Both the position numbers and the translations under genes were made by a program. DNA of 62,013 bases, the filler included, from Hausera hauseri (taxonomy: Eukaryota), in the NCBI GenBank assembly GCA_046269625.1. It is 12 parts of 12 records of this genome, joined end to end, with 100 filler letters (N's around TTAATTAATTAA, not from the genome) between each part and the next. Parts side by side here need not be neighbours in the genome. Positions count along the whole stretch, not along the records: positions 10,979 to 16,230 come from JBJURY010298834.1; positions 16,331 to 22,811 come from JBJURY010095431.1; positions 22,912 to 26,900 come from JBJURY010836526.1; 9 more parts are not named here. One strand, written 5' to 3'. Under the pieces are notes generated by a model. That model searched no databases, was not told where the DNA came from, and saw nothing but the letters and a program-made list of their open reading frames with translations. Shown here piece after piece: positions 11,575 to 24,825 of this stretch; position 1 is the stretch's first letter, and each line of letters opens with the position of its first letter.

Positions 11575-12939
11575 GCAAAAACAAAAGTTTTTATTTATTC
11601 GAATATTAAAACAAAAAAGTTTTTTAACAAATCACCCATTGGGTGAATGTGGGCACCACATCACTCCGCCCCCGTGGCAAAGTCAGATTTGTCAGGCAGG
11701 AGCCCTCGTGAGTCTTCTGGTGACCAACATGTAGGTGGACTGTGACCTAGAAGGAGACTCAGCAATTGAAATATTTACGGCCGGAATTGTTCGATTTCTT
11801 TCTGAAAGACCGTTTCGAATATCGGTGCCAATGCAGTTTCAAATTTACTGAAGTAATTGGGATTGTTATTGCACACGATTTTTATGCACAGCGCAATGGA
11901 TTTCATTAGAAAATGACTGAATCGTGGTTTCTTCAGATTTTTAACGACTAGATACCATTTTCGTAGTAAGAACGGCAGAATTTTATCCAACGGCAGCTGA
12001 CTAGTTTTCAAGAAACTAAAATAGCACATAATGGCCTGCATAGCATAATCATTCCCTTCTGATTCTTCAATATCCCGACAATTATATTCTGGTGAGTAAG
12101 AGGGATGAGAAATGTTTGAACAATTGTTGGTTTCTTATATTTTATTCGGCTCGACGGGGGCTGAACTGACGGTATCTGATGTGTCGACTGCGTCGTTAAT
12201 GGAGAAATAAAATAATTCCTGGATTTCGCCGAGATGTAAATATGGGATGTGAAATTCCACTTGTTTCCCTTCGATTATGAGGCAACCAGTCTCTCCTGGG
12301 TTAATTGGTTGATGAAAAATGGTTGACCCTGCTGGATCCGTAACCGTTATAGAGTATTGAATTTCTGCCCGTTGTACAGCGACTGTGTACAAATGTGGGC
12401 TTCTGACACCAGTGTTAAATTTGTCATTTCTTTTATAAATTGTCGCATTGTCTACATCAATGCCTTTGACAAGTTTTGACTGAGATTGAGACTTCAAAGA
12501 AATATTTTCTTTATAATCAACATCATCATAAATATGGTGATTATCGGATTGCTTCATAGAATATAAATTATTGATATTACTTATAACTTTATTAAACGTA
12601 TTAAGAGAATCGGAAGCTTCATTCACATTATCAAAAACAACATAATTCAATTTACCATCTTCATAAACTTTTTTGATAACACTCTGTCCGCTTAAAATTT
12701 TTTCATAACATTCCTTAGATAGTAAAACCGTATCGGATTCGTTTGGGTCATTATCGTCAACAATACTGACTTTAATTAAACTTTGTTTATCATATATTTC
12801 ACCGTCACCCATCATCAATTAAAAAACAATAGTTTGGAAAGACCGTCTAACTGCAAAACAAAAGTCTTTATTTATTCCAATATTAAAACAAAAAAGCTTT
12901 TTTTAACAAATCACCCATTGGGTGAATGTGGGCGCCACA
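11575..12939. repeat. ~85-bp direct repeats (11575-11660, 12853-12939) containing the palindrome TCACCCA-T-TGGGTGA
   Basis: Direct comparison: GCAAAA(A)CAAAAGT.TTTATTTATTC.AATATTAAAACAAAAAAG...AACAAATCACCCATTGGGTGAATGTGGGC.CCACA in both copies. Confidence 0.9.
12135..12818 (-). CDS. hypothetical protein (227 aa)
   Basis: Uninterrupted ORF in AT-rich DNA; no family recognised. Confidence 0.5.
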   Translation of the reverse strand: MMMGDGEIYDKQSLIKVSIVDDNDPNESDTVLLSKECYEKILSGQSVIKKVYEDGKLNYVVFDNVNEASDSLNTFNKVISNINNLYSMKQSDNHHIYDDVDYKENISLKSQSQSKLVKGIDVDNATIYKRNDKFNTGVRSPHLYTVAVQRAEIQYSITVTDPAGSTIFHQPINPGETGCLIIEGKQVEFHIPYLHLGEIQELFYFSINDAVDTSDTVSSAPVEPNKI

Positions 12940-12940
12940 A

Positions 12941-13820
12941 GGACCACTTCTCGAATGTAACGAATATCAGTACATCCTAACCATTCTGGACCGGAAAACA
13001 AGATGGCCCAGAGTTATTCCAATCCGCTAAATAACAACGCAAAACGTTGTGGCTGTATTGCTAAATACATGAATTCCTCGGTTTGGAGTACCTAAAAACA
13101 TTATACCAGATCAAGGTACCCAATTCGAATCAGCCATGTTTAACCAATTAACCAAATCGCTTGATTCAAAGCACACACACATCACCCTATCACCCGCATG
13201 CAAATGGCTTGATTGAACGATTTCATCTTACACTCAAATCATCCCTACGAATCCTTTGCCACGACAACAAGAATTGGCTGGACGCATTACCCATCATGCT
13301 ATTAAGATGGAGAAACACTCCGAACACTAGCACTGATGCCTCTCCGGCACAACTATTATTTGGTGCCCATCTCACACTCCCACAAGATCTGGTGAGCAAT
13401 GAGGAAGTAACTTCCATTCCTGCTCTCAACCAAGCTCGGAAGCATTTTCTGTCAATAGACACAAATCCGGCATTCCACAACAATCACAAAAAAACAATCA
13501 TGCCCAAGAACCTACGAGATGCATCCTTTATCTGGCTCAGAAGTCAACAAAGACATGGTTTTGAACCATACTACACGAGCCCCTACAAGCTCACAAAAAT
13601 CACTGAGCACAATGCCAAAATAATACGCGACAACGACGAACATATAGTCCATTTGTCGAACGTAAAACCAGCATTCGGCTATCATAATTCCGATACAGAA
13701 GATCCTATCGAACAAAACGTACCAAGCATGTCAGAAGTAGACAAGCTTCAAGAAAACTACGAAAAAATTGATCCATTCAACATGGACACTCCTATAGCAG
13801 ATTACCCGACCCCGGTCTAA
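12941..13820 (+). mobile_element. Ty3/Gypsy integrase fragment
   Basis: GPL...YILTILDRKTRWP, RFGVPK.IIPDQGTQFES, TSPYHPHANGLIERFHLTLK and a GPY/F-like YTSPYKL. Confidence 0.9.
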
Positions 13821-14170
13821 ACCGAAACGTATATCACCCCAATACCCGTACTTCCGGAAACGGAACATACGATAATACGCAACCAAACCCCTGCCGCACC
13901 GCTATCGAGTCGCACCAGGAGTGAATCCAAGAGACCCCGACGTCATTGAAATCTTACCGTAACAAAACAGTGAATGCCTGGTTGCACGTAGCGTAAGCGC
14001 CGCACCAAAACAGGTGGGAATCAAACACAGTGCCGAATTGACACTCGTTCATACCGCTTTTTATACGCAACGGGCACGCCACACAACCAGCCAAACACCA
14101 TTTCTAAAAAACTGCTAAAAATATTTCCCATGTATTGTCGAGGACGCAAAATGCCGTCTACCATGGCGCA

Positions 14171-15199
14171 TTAAAAAAACTCGCCATACAATCTATCAAA
14201 TATCAAATTGAAAAAATGGAAGCGGAAAAGGTGTATCTTAGCAATCAAATCAAGAAATAGAACGCAAAAATATAATGCCAAAATACTCGAACCCTTTACC
14301 AAATCACCAATTTGGAAAATTAGAAAATTTAAAGAAAAAATCACAACTTGCATTGATGGGATTTTAAGTAATTTACTGCACAAACTGATAATGATAGCCA
14401 TAATAAAGCCCAATACTACTGCCACCAGAAAAGCATAAATTGAAAATGCAAAAATAATCCAAATATTTCGAATGAAGTACTCATCCGATGTCTTTCATTT
14501 CAGATATAATGTTGCAAAAAACAACTGCTACTCCATGATTCAACAAAGATTCCCCGAATATGATATTGTAAACTAACCGATTAATATTCATGGACTCAAA
14601 TACTGATAGAACAGCAACCGAATCAACAGCACAAATTAACATGGCAAATATACTACAATCCCGCATGTTTGGGTCGATGTTATCAAATACCCCCATCTGG
14701 ATTTACCGCCATAATATAGAAACGGAACTAAAATTGCTGCATTTAAGACTGTACCGCAGATGGCGAACATAAGAATTGTTGTGATATTTCGGTAAAAGAC
14801 CAATTTATCTACTGACCATCCGGCATTCATAACAATTGGAACAAGTAACACGTTCAAAATTAACCGGTCTGGAAATACAATAGACTCGTAATCTTTAAAA
14901 ATCAATAAAACTCGTCCTGCTATAACTCCAGTCGTAACGAGAAATGCGCTTTCCGGTAAAATTTTCCCAGCGGACGTAACATGTTTTATACATTTATTGC
15001 CAAATTTTCCAACATTAATTAGACATTTTCCTTTGATTACAAATATGCAATATCGAAATTTGACTTCAGTTACGACTTTTACCAATACGAAAAACAAAAC
15101 AAAAATTGATCCCAGAACGTAAACTCTGACTCTCAAAATGAGAAACTTTAAATGGATTATAGGAATGATAGCAAATGTTTGAAACTTGACTTCCTCCAT
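14171..15199 (-). pseudogene. Na+/H+ exchanger (SLC9/NHE family), intronless and frameshifted
   Basis: LPESAFLV..G, LLVPIVMNAGW, FYRNITTILMFAICGT, AVDSVAVLSVFE and IFGESLLNHGVAVV across three overlapping ORFs. Confidence 0.8.
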
Positions 15200-16339
15200 T
15201 TGGAATTAACACAAGTAAAGTACCATGAAAAACTTATTCATATATTAGTTGCTTTATTTGTTTATTAAATATGCAATTTATGTGTAACCTTAATTGAAAC
15301 TGAGCTCCATTTACTTTTGATTATTGCACTATTTGAAATATAATATCTACATGATACAGTTTGTACATTAAATGAATTTGAGAAAACTACATTTCCAAGT
15401 AATACTTCGTTTTATAGTTTTATCGGCTGACTATTATGGCTACTAACAATGCAAATTTGTGATATACATAAAAGTACCTTTTTTTTTCACAGTGCAGAAA
15501 ATTAAACAAAACCATAATGACAATTGTAGGAAAAAGAAATAATGAACGAAACACTCGGTTATCGTCAAAAGTATCAATTTCGCCGATAAGTTTTAATTTC
15601 ATATTTAGCAAAAGACGAATATTATTTCGTAGCGTAACAAAGTCCGAATCAAGAGATTTCATTGTATCGAGAATGTCATTGAAATCATTTAATGAATCAA
15701 CATCAGCATCATGGTTGATGGAATTGTCTATTTTGTCCAACTGTTGAATGCAATAATTCACACGATTCTAAAACTGATCAGTCATCAATCAGCGTTAGTA
15801 GTAAACGGAGTTGATTTTTGATTTCGGATTGAAGTTAATTAAAATGTAAATAGGACGTCGATTGAAAAACTATTACTATTGTAGTTCTAGACTTCGTACG
15901 CCTCGATTGATTCCTCCAACAACGATTGTGTTAACAATAAACATGGTGACCATTACTTCGTTTTTTCTCTTCATTGTCTCGTGTCATTTTTAGTTTACTG
16001 TTTTGTCGCTATTACGTGGTGGGCCAGAGGTAAGGCCTATTTTAAGGCGCCAAACTCTAAACTGTCTTTCCGATATTTTGGTTAGGAGACTTTACCGCAT
16101 CACGGAATAATTTCTTCACTGGTGCCAAATCTCTAAACTCTTCTACGGTTTGCCTATCTTCCAAAATTTTAGCCTCTTCCCTCATCTCTTCTACCGTCAT
16201 TTTTGGTTTGAAAACAAACCGCTCTCTTAGNNNNNNNNNNNNNNNNNNNNNNNNNNNNNNNNNNNNNNNNNNNNTTAATTAATTAANNNNNNNNNNNNNN
16301 NNNNNNNNNNNNNNNNNNNNNNNNNNNNNNTGTAATCTA

Positions 16340-17829
16340 CTTCCAATTTGCTTAGATACGACTATTTGTTTATATTCTACGTTCCGTTTTTGATGAAATA
16401 GACTGTACTCTTTATTTACATTTGAATCACAGACTCTGACGTTGATCACCTCGTTTAAACAATGGCAAAAGTGTAACATTTATTACCTGTTCAATTTGAA
16501 ACAAAATCCGTCTTAAAAGCATAAATACGATCGAATGAATTCAACATTAAATTACCGATCGACATTTGCCACAAAACTAATAGCAGTTCCAATTTGCCCG
16601 AACCGACCACATCGTCCAATTCTGTGCAAATACATTTCCGAAAATTGCGGCAAGTCATAATTGATCACGACATTGACCGACAGCACATCAATTCCACGTG
16701 CCATAATATCGGTACAAACTAAAAATCGAACAGTTCCATGACGGAATTCATGGAAAATGATTGTTCTAACATCTTGTTTCATTTTAGCATGGATAAAGCG
16801 ACACGTGTAACCCATTTGTCCTACACATTTCGTTAGAAATTCGACTCTCGATGATGAATTGCAAAATATCAGACACTGATTCACGTACAAGTTCTTCAAT
16901 AACTGTCTCAAACACGATATTTTATAAGCTTCTTGTACGTTGATATAAAATTGACGTACACCAATCAATGCTAATTCATGCATTCTATTTATTCTGTCAT
17001 ATTGCTTTAGAGTCTTCTCCACGAAGCTCTTCAGTGATTCCGGATAAGTAGCCGAAAAAAGAATTTTCTGACAACCCTGTGGTAAAAAGTGAATTATTTT
17101 ACCAACAATTAACTGAAAAAAGTCATAGTAATTAAATGAAAAACAAAAAACAAAACAACTTGAAAGTTGAAAGACAGTAACTTATCGGCTTCATCTAAAA
17201 CAACTTTTTTTTACTCGTCTTAATGTATTTGGTCTGTTGTAAATTATGTCGAGTATTCTGCCCGGTGTTCCTATTATTAAATGTACCGGATTATTAGGGG
17301 TGTTAAAACGTAGCAGATCATCAATTAAATCTGTGCCGCCGGTTGCGATCAACATCTGAAAACCAAGTTTATATTTTGCTAAATTTATACAAACGTCAGC
17401 AGTTTGCAAGGCCAATTCTCTTGTGGGAACTATTATTATAGCTTGGGTTCTTTTTCGCACATCAATACTCTGAACAATCCCAATCGAAAAAGCACCAGTT
17501 TTGCCTGTACCACTTTTTGCTCTAGCAATAAGATTTTTATTGCCAATGATTTGACTAATTGTTGCATCTTGAATAGGAGAAGGCCATTCCCATCTCATGT
17601 CTGCAAGAGCCATAATGATTGTCGGATGAAGGTTTAAATGAAGAAATGATGCTTCTGGGTATGGTTGAATATCTGATGTTCTAAATGAATGGTCCAAATT
17701 TGGTAGAGGTTCGCTGTTGAACTTTAAACATTGATAATTATTTGGAGAATCAACAGATTCTGGTGATCCGAAGTTTTCCGGATGATTCGTATCAGAACTA
17801 CTCAAAACACAATTTTTTGATTCATTCAT
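16340..17829 (-). CDS. DDX6: DEAD-box RNA helicase DDX6/Dhh1/Me31B (short introns)
   Basis: PSPIQ, ARAKSGTGKT, VPTRELALQT, GTPGRILD, LDEADKLLS (after a one-base shift in a poly-A run at ~17205-17212), FSAT after intron 17113-17159, NQCLIFCNS, IHAKM and YLHRIGRCGRFG. The 3' end is approximate. Confidence 0.9.
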
Positions 17830-19392
17830 TTCTTTGAGATTCGGTGAAATAACTCTTATCGATTACTAGACATGTAGTGCACTAATGTTACGTTGGACTT
17901 TGGACTGAAGAACAGTAGCTGAAATTTTAACAGAAGCAATTACTACATGATAAACTAAAAAGTTTTCGGTTTACCTGAAACTCTATTCAGCTTTTGAAAA
18001 TTAAATTATTTCTACAAATTAATTGTCAATCTAATGAAGATTATAAAACTTACGAAATGTTATTGGATTATATAATAAAATATTATTTGTGCAAGTTTGT
18101 TTTATTGAGCTGATAATGGTAAACTTTTCAAATGAATATTCAATGAATTGTAGTAATTTGATTTGTGGAATAAACTATATAGTGAAGTTTACCGTATACC
18201 GTTGTCCGTTATTAGATTTCTGCACTTTCATTCCTAATTATTTCATTATTTAACCATGAAAACAATTGAAAATTCGAAATGGAATTGAGGTGTTAAATGT
18301 ATTCAAGAATTACTCCGTTTTTGAAAAGGAAACTGTATAAATTATTCTGCGTTAATGTTTTATAAGCTATTTTCCTACACGAGCGCACATTTCAGATATG
18401 GCGTTCAAAAGGCGGTTAAATAATGTGTGATACTTCTAAAATAAGTTAAAAATGACGGAAATATTTACATTCTCAAATTGAATGAGAAAGCAGAGCATAT
18501 TAAACAACAAAACATCGTACTATATAGTATTAAAATTTGACATTTACAAAATTGCACAAAAAATATTTTTCACATTTTAGTTTTTATTGTTTTGTACAAA
18601 TCATTTTGTAATGAGTTATTCAATTGCTTTGAGGAATTTACGGTATATTTTAATGTTCAATTCTGAATAATAAAGTTCATAGAAGATTGAAATTTATCCG
18701 TTATTTCTGCTCCCAACCTAAAACAACGGAACCCAAAACGGCCCATTAAAATTCACCGATCACAACGTGTGGCATTCGACAATGAATGATGCACCAGTTT
18801 ATCAACGATACATTGTCGTATTTTCATTGGCAGCATTTCTCCTTTATTTTGCTGTTCTACGAGAAGAAAATTCCGTGGATCAATATTTGTTTAGATCTCC
18901 ATCGAATGTTCAGATACCAAATAAAACGGATAATTAACAGTGATATTTGAATAAATGAGAATGAAACTTTATTTGGTAAAATGCCATGAATTTGAGATTT
19001 AGCTTGTCTGTCGGAAAGTTATCGCACTTCCTTTGGCTCGTTTTGGTTGGAAATTTGTCAGAAAAATTATCGCCGGTGTGTTATTTAAGTATAAGTTGTT
19101 CAAATACGCGTCAAATATTTCGTATTTTCTACGCATTTGTACAGTATCACTTAAAAATATGTTGCACTTATTCACTTTACTTAAAATCCAAATATGCATG
19201 CACAAAATTTCGACAGTTTTAATAGATTTCCTCCCATTTTTAGCTACATTTTAATGGAAAACTAGCATTGCACAGCAATTTAGACTATAAGACTAATGCA
19301 AACTTCGGCAATCACAAATGGTCCAAAATTTTCAAAATGGTGATTGAAAAAATAATTCTTTCTGAGATTTTTATGCAACAAAACCAATTTTA

Positions 19393-19919
19393 TTTTTTAT
19401 ACTGCGAAATGGAATTTTTAAGGAATTATCCAGTATTCATAAATTTCTGTTTTTTAGAATTTCCTTTGTTTAAACGTAAATATTTAAATGACCTTGATAA
19501 TAAAATGTTTAAAATTCAACATTCAGATTCTTGTACATAATCTTCCCAATTTTACTGTAGTTCGTGATGTCCACCGACTTTAAACATATTTCCAAACCTA
19601 TCCTAAATCTAATACGTAAAAAGTTCAATTTTGTGAAACAGAAAAATTGCGAAACCATTTCTTGAATCAGAATTATAAACTGTTTTTATAGTTAGATTTA
19701 GGGTTATGTTAAGATAATTAGGTGGACACCATGAACTGGAGTCAAATTTGTGGTTTGTCTAACGGGAGAATTATGCCAAATTCTAAATGGGGAATTTTCA
19801 AAATTCTATTATCAAGGTCATTTAAATAATATATTTAAACAAAGGAAATTGTAAATAGTGTATAAAAATTCATTAAAAATACTGGATAATCCGGAAAAAA
19901 CGACTTTTTAGTATAAAAA
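19393..19919. repeat. long imperfect palindrome / foldback MITE (~530 bp)
   Basis: Nested inverted pairs TTATCCAGTATT/AATACTGGATAA, AATTTCCTTTGTTTAAA/TTTAAACAAAGGAAATT, TATTTAAATGACCTTGATAATA/TATTATCAAGGTCATTTAAATA and CCTAAATCTAA/TTAGATTTAGG. Confidence 0.85.
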
Positions 19920-20031
19920 CTTGTTTGAATCAAAACTGTAAAGTTTTTGGTTCACTATTCTACGCCATAACTCTGTAAATGTTTAAATTTCGGAATACGA
20001 AAATTCTTTTGGAGCAACATTTAGTGAGACC

Positions 20032-20150
20032 AATAATGTTGCGCAGTTTTGAAGCTGATATATCGATCTTATTAAGATCTTCGTCAGTAGTACTCTGACT
20101 AAGATTTTAATAAAATCGATATATCAGCTTCAAAAGTTCGCAACATTATT
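20032..20150. repeat. near-perfect 119-bp hairpin palindrome
   Basis: AATAATGTTGCG..TTTTGAAGCTGATATATCGAT...CGTCAG / CTGAC...ATCGATATATCAGCTTCAAAA..CGCAACATTATT. Confidence 0.9.
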
Positions 20151-21867
20151 ATCCTCAAAAAGACATCATTTCTGAAAAACCGCTTTCGGACACCATGGTT
20201 TTAGATTTCACAAACTGAGCAAAATTTAAACAAATTCTCAATGCCAGCAAAGATACATACATGGTGGTCACCAACTTCTTCTCTAAACCCATTTAAACAT
20301 ATAGAAGTATAGAGTGACTTCATGATTATCGTTAATAATAATCAAGAACAAGGGATAAAATCAACAATATGATCAATTATACACATTTTGAGTAAGTATT
20401 ATAATTTTATTGAATTGACAAAACACTTATTTCAATAACCGCCGGATATGAGGGATAGAAAATTAAGGATAAAGGTTGAAAGTGATTTTCAATGGTGAAT
20501 TTTGTCTTGTCCATTCACAATTTCAATTAAACATATTTTAGGCATAATACAATTTCATTATGAACTGTATCGAAATTATGAGTTTGAAACTGTTTTTGAG
20601 ATTAATCTTGTTTAATGAAATGTAAAGTAGTCAATCTTACTGCATAACGGGTTTTGACGTTTTGTGTTTACCACTGTTACTTTTGTTAGTTAAACTGGAA
20701 TATTTCGCCACTTTACTCACAAATTCGAACACAACCTCATTTCATTTTCATCAACTATTATTTATTGTCATCCTTTGTAAAGTCCTGATTCAAGACACGT
20801 CCGGTTATAGACGTTATTATAAAATATTTGGAGCAATAATTAACTTAAATGGAACGAACAATTTTCATAAGCAACTTGATAAAATAACACGCATGTTTGC
20901 ACGCGTATTCAAAAATTTGATGAATTCAATAATTCAGTCACCTTTCCTGGACGTGTGACCAATTATCGACAAATGTTACTTTCCTCCTTGATAATGGAAT
21001 AACATCAAATGATTTGGAATAAACGTTTAACAACGACGGTAAAAGTAAGGAACTGTGACAAATTATTACTCCGCGGTATGCGCCAATTGTAAATTTACGG
21101 GTAGAGTCGAATTTGACTTATGGCACCTCTTTTTAATTTTTGTACTCTGCGCCCCTTACTGATGTAAATTGTAAACTTTTGAATGGCGTAAAACCTTTCC
21201 GTTATATAGTTGAATAATCTCCAAATTTCATTTCTAACCATAATCACCTCCATTAAGGAACGTAAATAAATTCAAATTTGGGGAAATGTAGTTTACAAAA
21301 ATACGTTAAATAACATAATCATATCTAAATTTCTTTAAAATTACAACATTCAAATGTTTCATTATGACAAAAAATGACGCAAAACAATTTATTTGTCCAA
21401 ATTCTGGCGTCCCATCGTAAATCTGACCCTGTTTGTGTAAATTATTGAACAAGTGCAAAAGAAAAATCGATAATTATTTTAGATATTCATCGAACGAACG
21501 GAAGATGGAGAAAAACAAACAGTAAAAAATATATTACATAACGAGTTATCAAAATTAAGGTCGGAATCACACAATGAAGAAGTTGGGTTTCATTAACTGA
21601 AAAATTGTTCAAATATTGTTATTTGGTATGGATTGTTCAACAATGGCAATGGGCATGTAACAATAAAATGCTCCTCTGATAACAAGTAAAATGCCACTGA
21701 GTATCAATCCTAAAATGAGTTCACGATAACAAATGGTACTGAGATGATAATAGTGGAAAGGGATGCACGTTTCTTAAATTTCTATATGACGTGAGTGGAC
21801 ATCATTTACATAATATAATGCTGATTAATAATATAAAAATACTTTTTGTCAATGAAGTCAAAATAAC

Positions 21868-22008
21868 GCACTTGTTCAAATCGCCTCACTACGTTTCGGA
21901 ATTTTGACAAATAGAATATTAAAAGAACATTAGCTCAAGAAAGTGAACGAAAATTCTGTCAAACTTCAAAATTCTTTAATGTAGTGAAGGGGGAATTTGA
22001 ACAAGTGC
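21868..22008. repeat. small MITE-like inverted repeat element
   Basis: GCACTTGTTCAAAT ... ATTTGAACAAGTGC termini with inner CACTAC/GTAGTG and GAATTTTGA/TCAAAATTC pairs; a lone copy of the terminus at ~21444. Confidence 0.7.
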
Positions 22009-22691
22009 ATTTAGAAGCTCCCGCTTTTAAACTTTGTTGGCAAAATATTTAGTGTCAAAATGGTTACTCAGGGAATGATGCGCTGCCGATTTATAGGCAA
22101 TAACTATATTAAAAAAGAAAATGTCGTATGGCTACATAATGACACTGAATTCAGTCACCATTCATTCAAGTCGATTACAGACTACATTAAGAAGAACATG
22201 CCTTTTTAAGCAACAAGAAGTTATATACAAGATTTTTAAAATACTGGAGCGTCGTTAATATAAATTTATGAAAGATAATGTTGTCTTATTAGAAAGAGTC
22301 ATCGACAGAGGGATAATAAAAACATTCTCTCAAATCATATTTCGACAGTTTCAAACTTAATTATACAACAAATTATATAAAATTTATCAGAAACTGATAT
22401 GACACTTATTAGTTCTATCATTAAATTGTGATGATGCGGATATTAAAGTCCCACATTATTCGGTTGATGAAACTATTTTGTATTCTAGTGATGTCATAAC
22501 TGTCAATTTTGGTGAAATTATGTGTGTTATGTATGCCGTATGCAACAATGTTTTAATTTTATTTACATGATTTTGCGATCATCTCAAATACTGTTGATTT
22601 GAGACATGTAGGAGGCCGCACTCTGCAATATAATTTACACAGAATATGCCAAATAAAATAACTATAGAAATGAAGTAGATTATAAAGTAAT

Positions 22692-22811
22692 TATTGGGTG
22701 CGCAACTTAAAAACCGGAATTTTTTTGTGAAAACAAAACTTTATTTTAAGAAATTTTTAAATATCATGTTATTCAAAGTATTGACCATCTGAAACTACAA
22801 CTTTTCCCCAT
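22692..22811 (-). mobile_element. mariner 3' end and TIR
   Basis: The minus strand encodes ...VVVSDGQYFE* (Mos1-like C-terminus), followed by the TIR TATTGGGTGCGCAACTTA with terminal TA. Confidence 0.75.
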
Positions 22812-23139
22812 NNNNNNNNNNNNNNNNNNNNNNNNNNNNNNNNNNNNNNNNNNNNTTAATTAATTAANNNNNNNNNNNNNNNNNNNNNNNNNNNNNNNNN
22901 NNNNNNNNNNNGCGAAAAGCCGAACGAGACGCGGAACTATATAGGTGGAATGAGTCAAAAAATAGTAACAATAACTACGATAAAAGAAGAAACAATGGTA
23001 CACAAAAATACCAACGTTACCAAAGAAATAGAAGCCCTTCACGAACGTCTGCTACGGAAGCTGAATCAGATATAGAAAAGAAGGTAAGATTTAAGTTACG
23101 TAATGATGGAGAAAAGACAAATTATAAAAAATATCTAAG

Positions 23140-24825
23140 AAAGATGGAAGTGTACTGCCATGTATAGACTCAGAAAGAAGATTGAAATGTTTTAACTGTA
23201 ACAAATATGGACACATCGCGAAATCATGCACATTACGCAAAGGGGCTTCTTCGAAACTTAGTAACAAGAATAAACAAAAGAAGACAGATCATACATCAGC
23301 CACATCAGACGAATCATCTGATAAAGAATACGAAACAGAGGATAGTGAATCTGAAGCTAAGAATAAGAAGAAAGAAAGTGTCAATTATATAAACGATACG
23401 TTATCTCAACGCATGAAAAAACAATTGGAGATGAAAGCGAAAGATTATAAAACACAACAAAAGAGGCTGAAAGAAAATAGTATTTACATGGTGAGGAATC
23501 AACCGGAGAAGAAAGTATCCAGACAAGGGGGGAAGAAAGGTAATAAGAAAATAATTGACATAGAAGTATGATCAAGAGAAACGTCAACAGAGAGAGAAGA
23601 GGTAGGAAAAGAAAAGAAGAAAGGACAAAAGAAAAGTAGCCTCAAAACACCCTCATCAGATCAAGACGAAACCCAAACCATACCAAAATTTGATGAAACA
23701 ATATTGGAGAAGGTAATAAAAAACTCAGGTGTAAACCTAGATGAGGAAGATGATATCATTCAAGAAATAATGAATATTGACCCTAATAACATAGATGACG
23801 TAGATAAAACAATTACTAGTATATTGAAAGCAATTAACAATAAAATAACAGTAGAAAGAATGAACGAAATCTTATCTCAACTAGTATTAATCACTCAAAA
23901 TACCAGTCCTGTAAGAGAAATAGCCAGGATGATATTAGCCAAAGCTGCTGGAGAGGAGCAAGGAAGAAACGAAATAATAAAAATAACGGTAAGAGAAGGG
24001 AACCAAGACATGAAGGTCATCCAAATGAATGAAGCGGATGACATACAAAATATAAGAGAAAGGATAGAAGAATTGGAACCATTCTATCAAGGGATCCCTT
24101 ATGAATTAAATTATTACAGAAGGACACAATACAATTGCGATAGACTATTAAGAATTGGATGCAGAAATGAGAATTACAATCCAATAGTTATAACCGAGAT
24201 ACACACAGAGGCAAGAGCGCAGGCAACAACGGATAATATCCTAAGAGAAATGGAACCGCAAGAAGTAGAAGGACATCTCCTGGTCGATACGCAAGATGTT
24301 ACAGTTCAAACAGAGGTTAAAAGTAGAGGTAGACCAAAAGGAACAAACATAAGTGACATTCGCAACAAGAAAGACAAAAATGAAGAAATAGTAAGACGTC
24401 TATTATTAGCAGGAACAAACGTGACTCCTGAATCGGTAGAGATAGATCCATTATTAAGAACTTTACTAGCTAACTTACATACATCATTTGCTTCATTTGA
24501 TGCGCAGGTAATAATTCCAGATGAACTATTCCAAACATTACGTATTAATATGCTGCGAATAAGTAGACAGATTTACGAGAATCTAGACGAAGAACGGGCA
24601 AACGAGTTGCACGAGTTAGACATTTTAAAAGAGATGTTCGCAACGGGTATTACACGAGAGAAAGCACAAACCTCTATATCCTACCTTCTATACAAAATAA
24701 TAGTAATCAATCATCAAACTCAAAACTTAGAAGAAATTGAACGCAATATAAAGACAGTCGTGAAGATTTTGAAATTAACGTTAGAAATTGGGTCCATTGT
24801 AGAGGTGGCTGGTTGCCCAGTCTAA
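23140..24825 (+). pseudogene. gag-like protein: CCHC zinc knuckle, K/E-rich linker, AT-hook-containing helical region
   Basis: CFNCNKYGHIAKSC; the same frame continues through a single TGA (23569-23571) into the 373-aa ORF containing KSRGRPKG. Confidence 0.7.
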
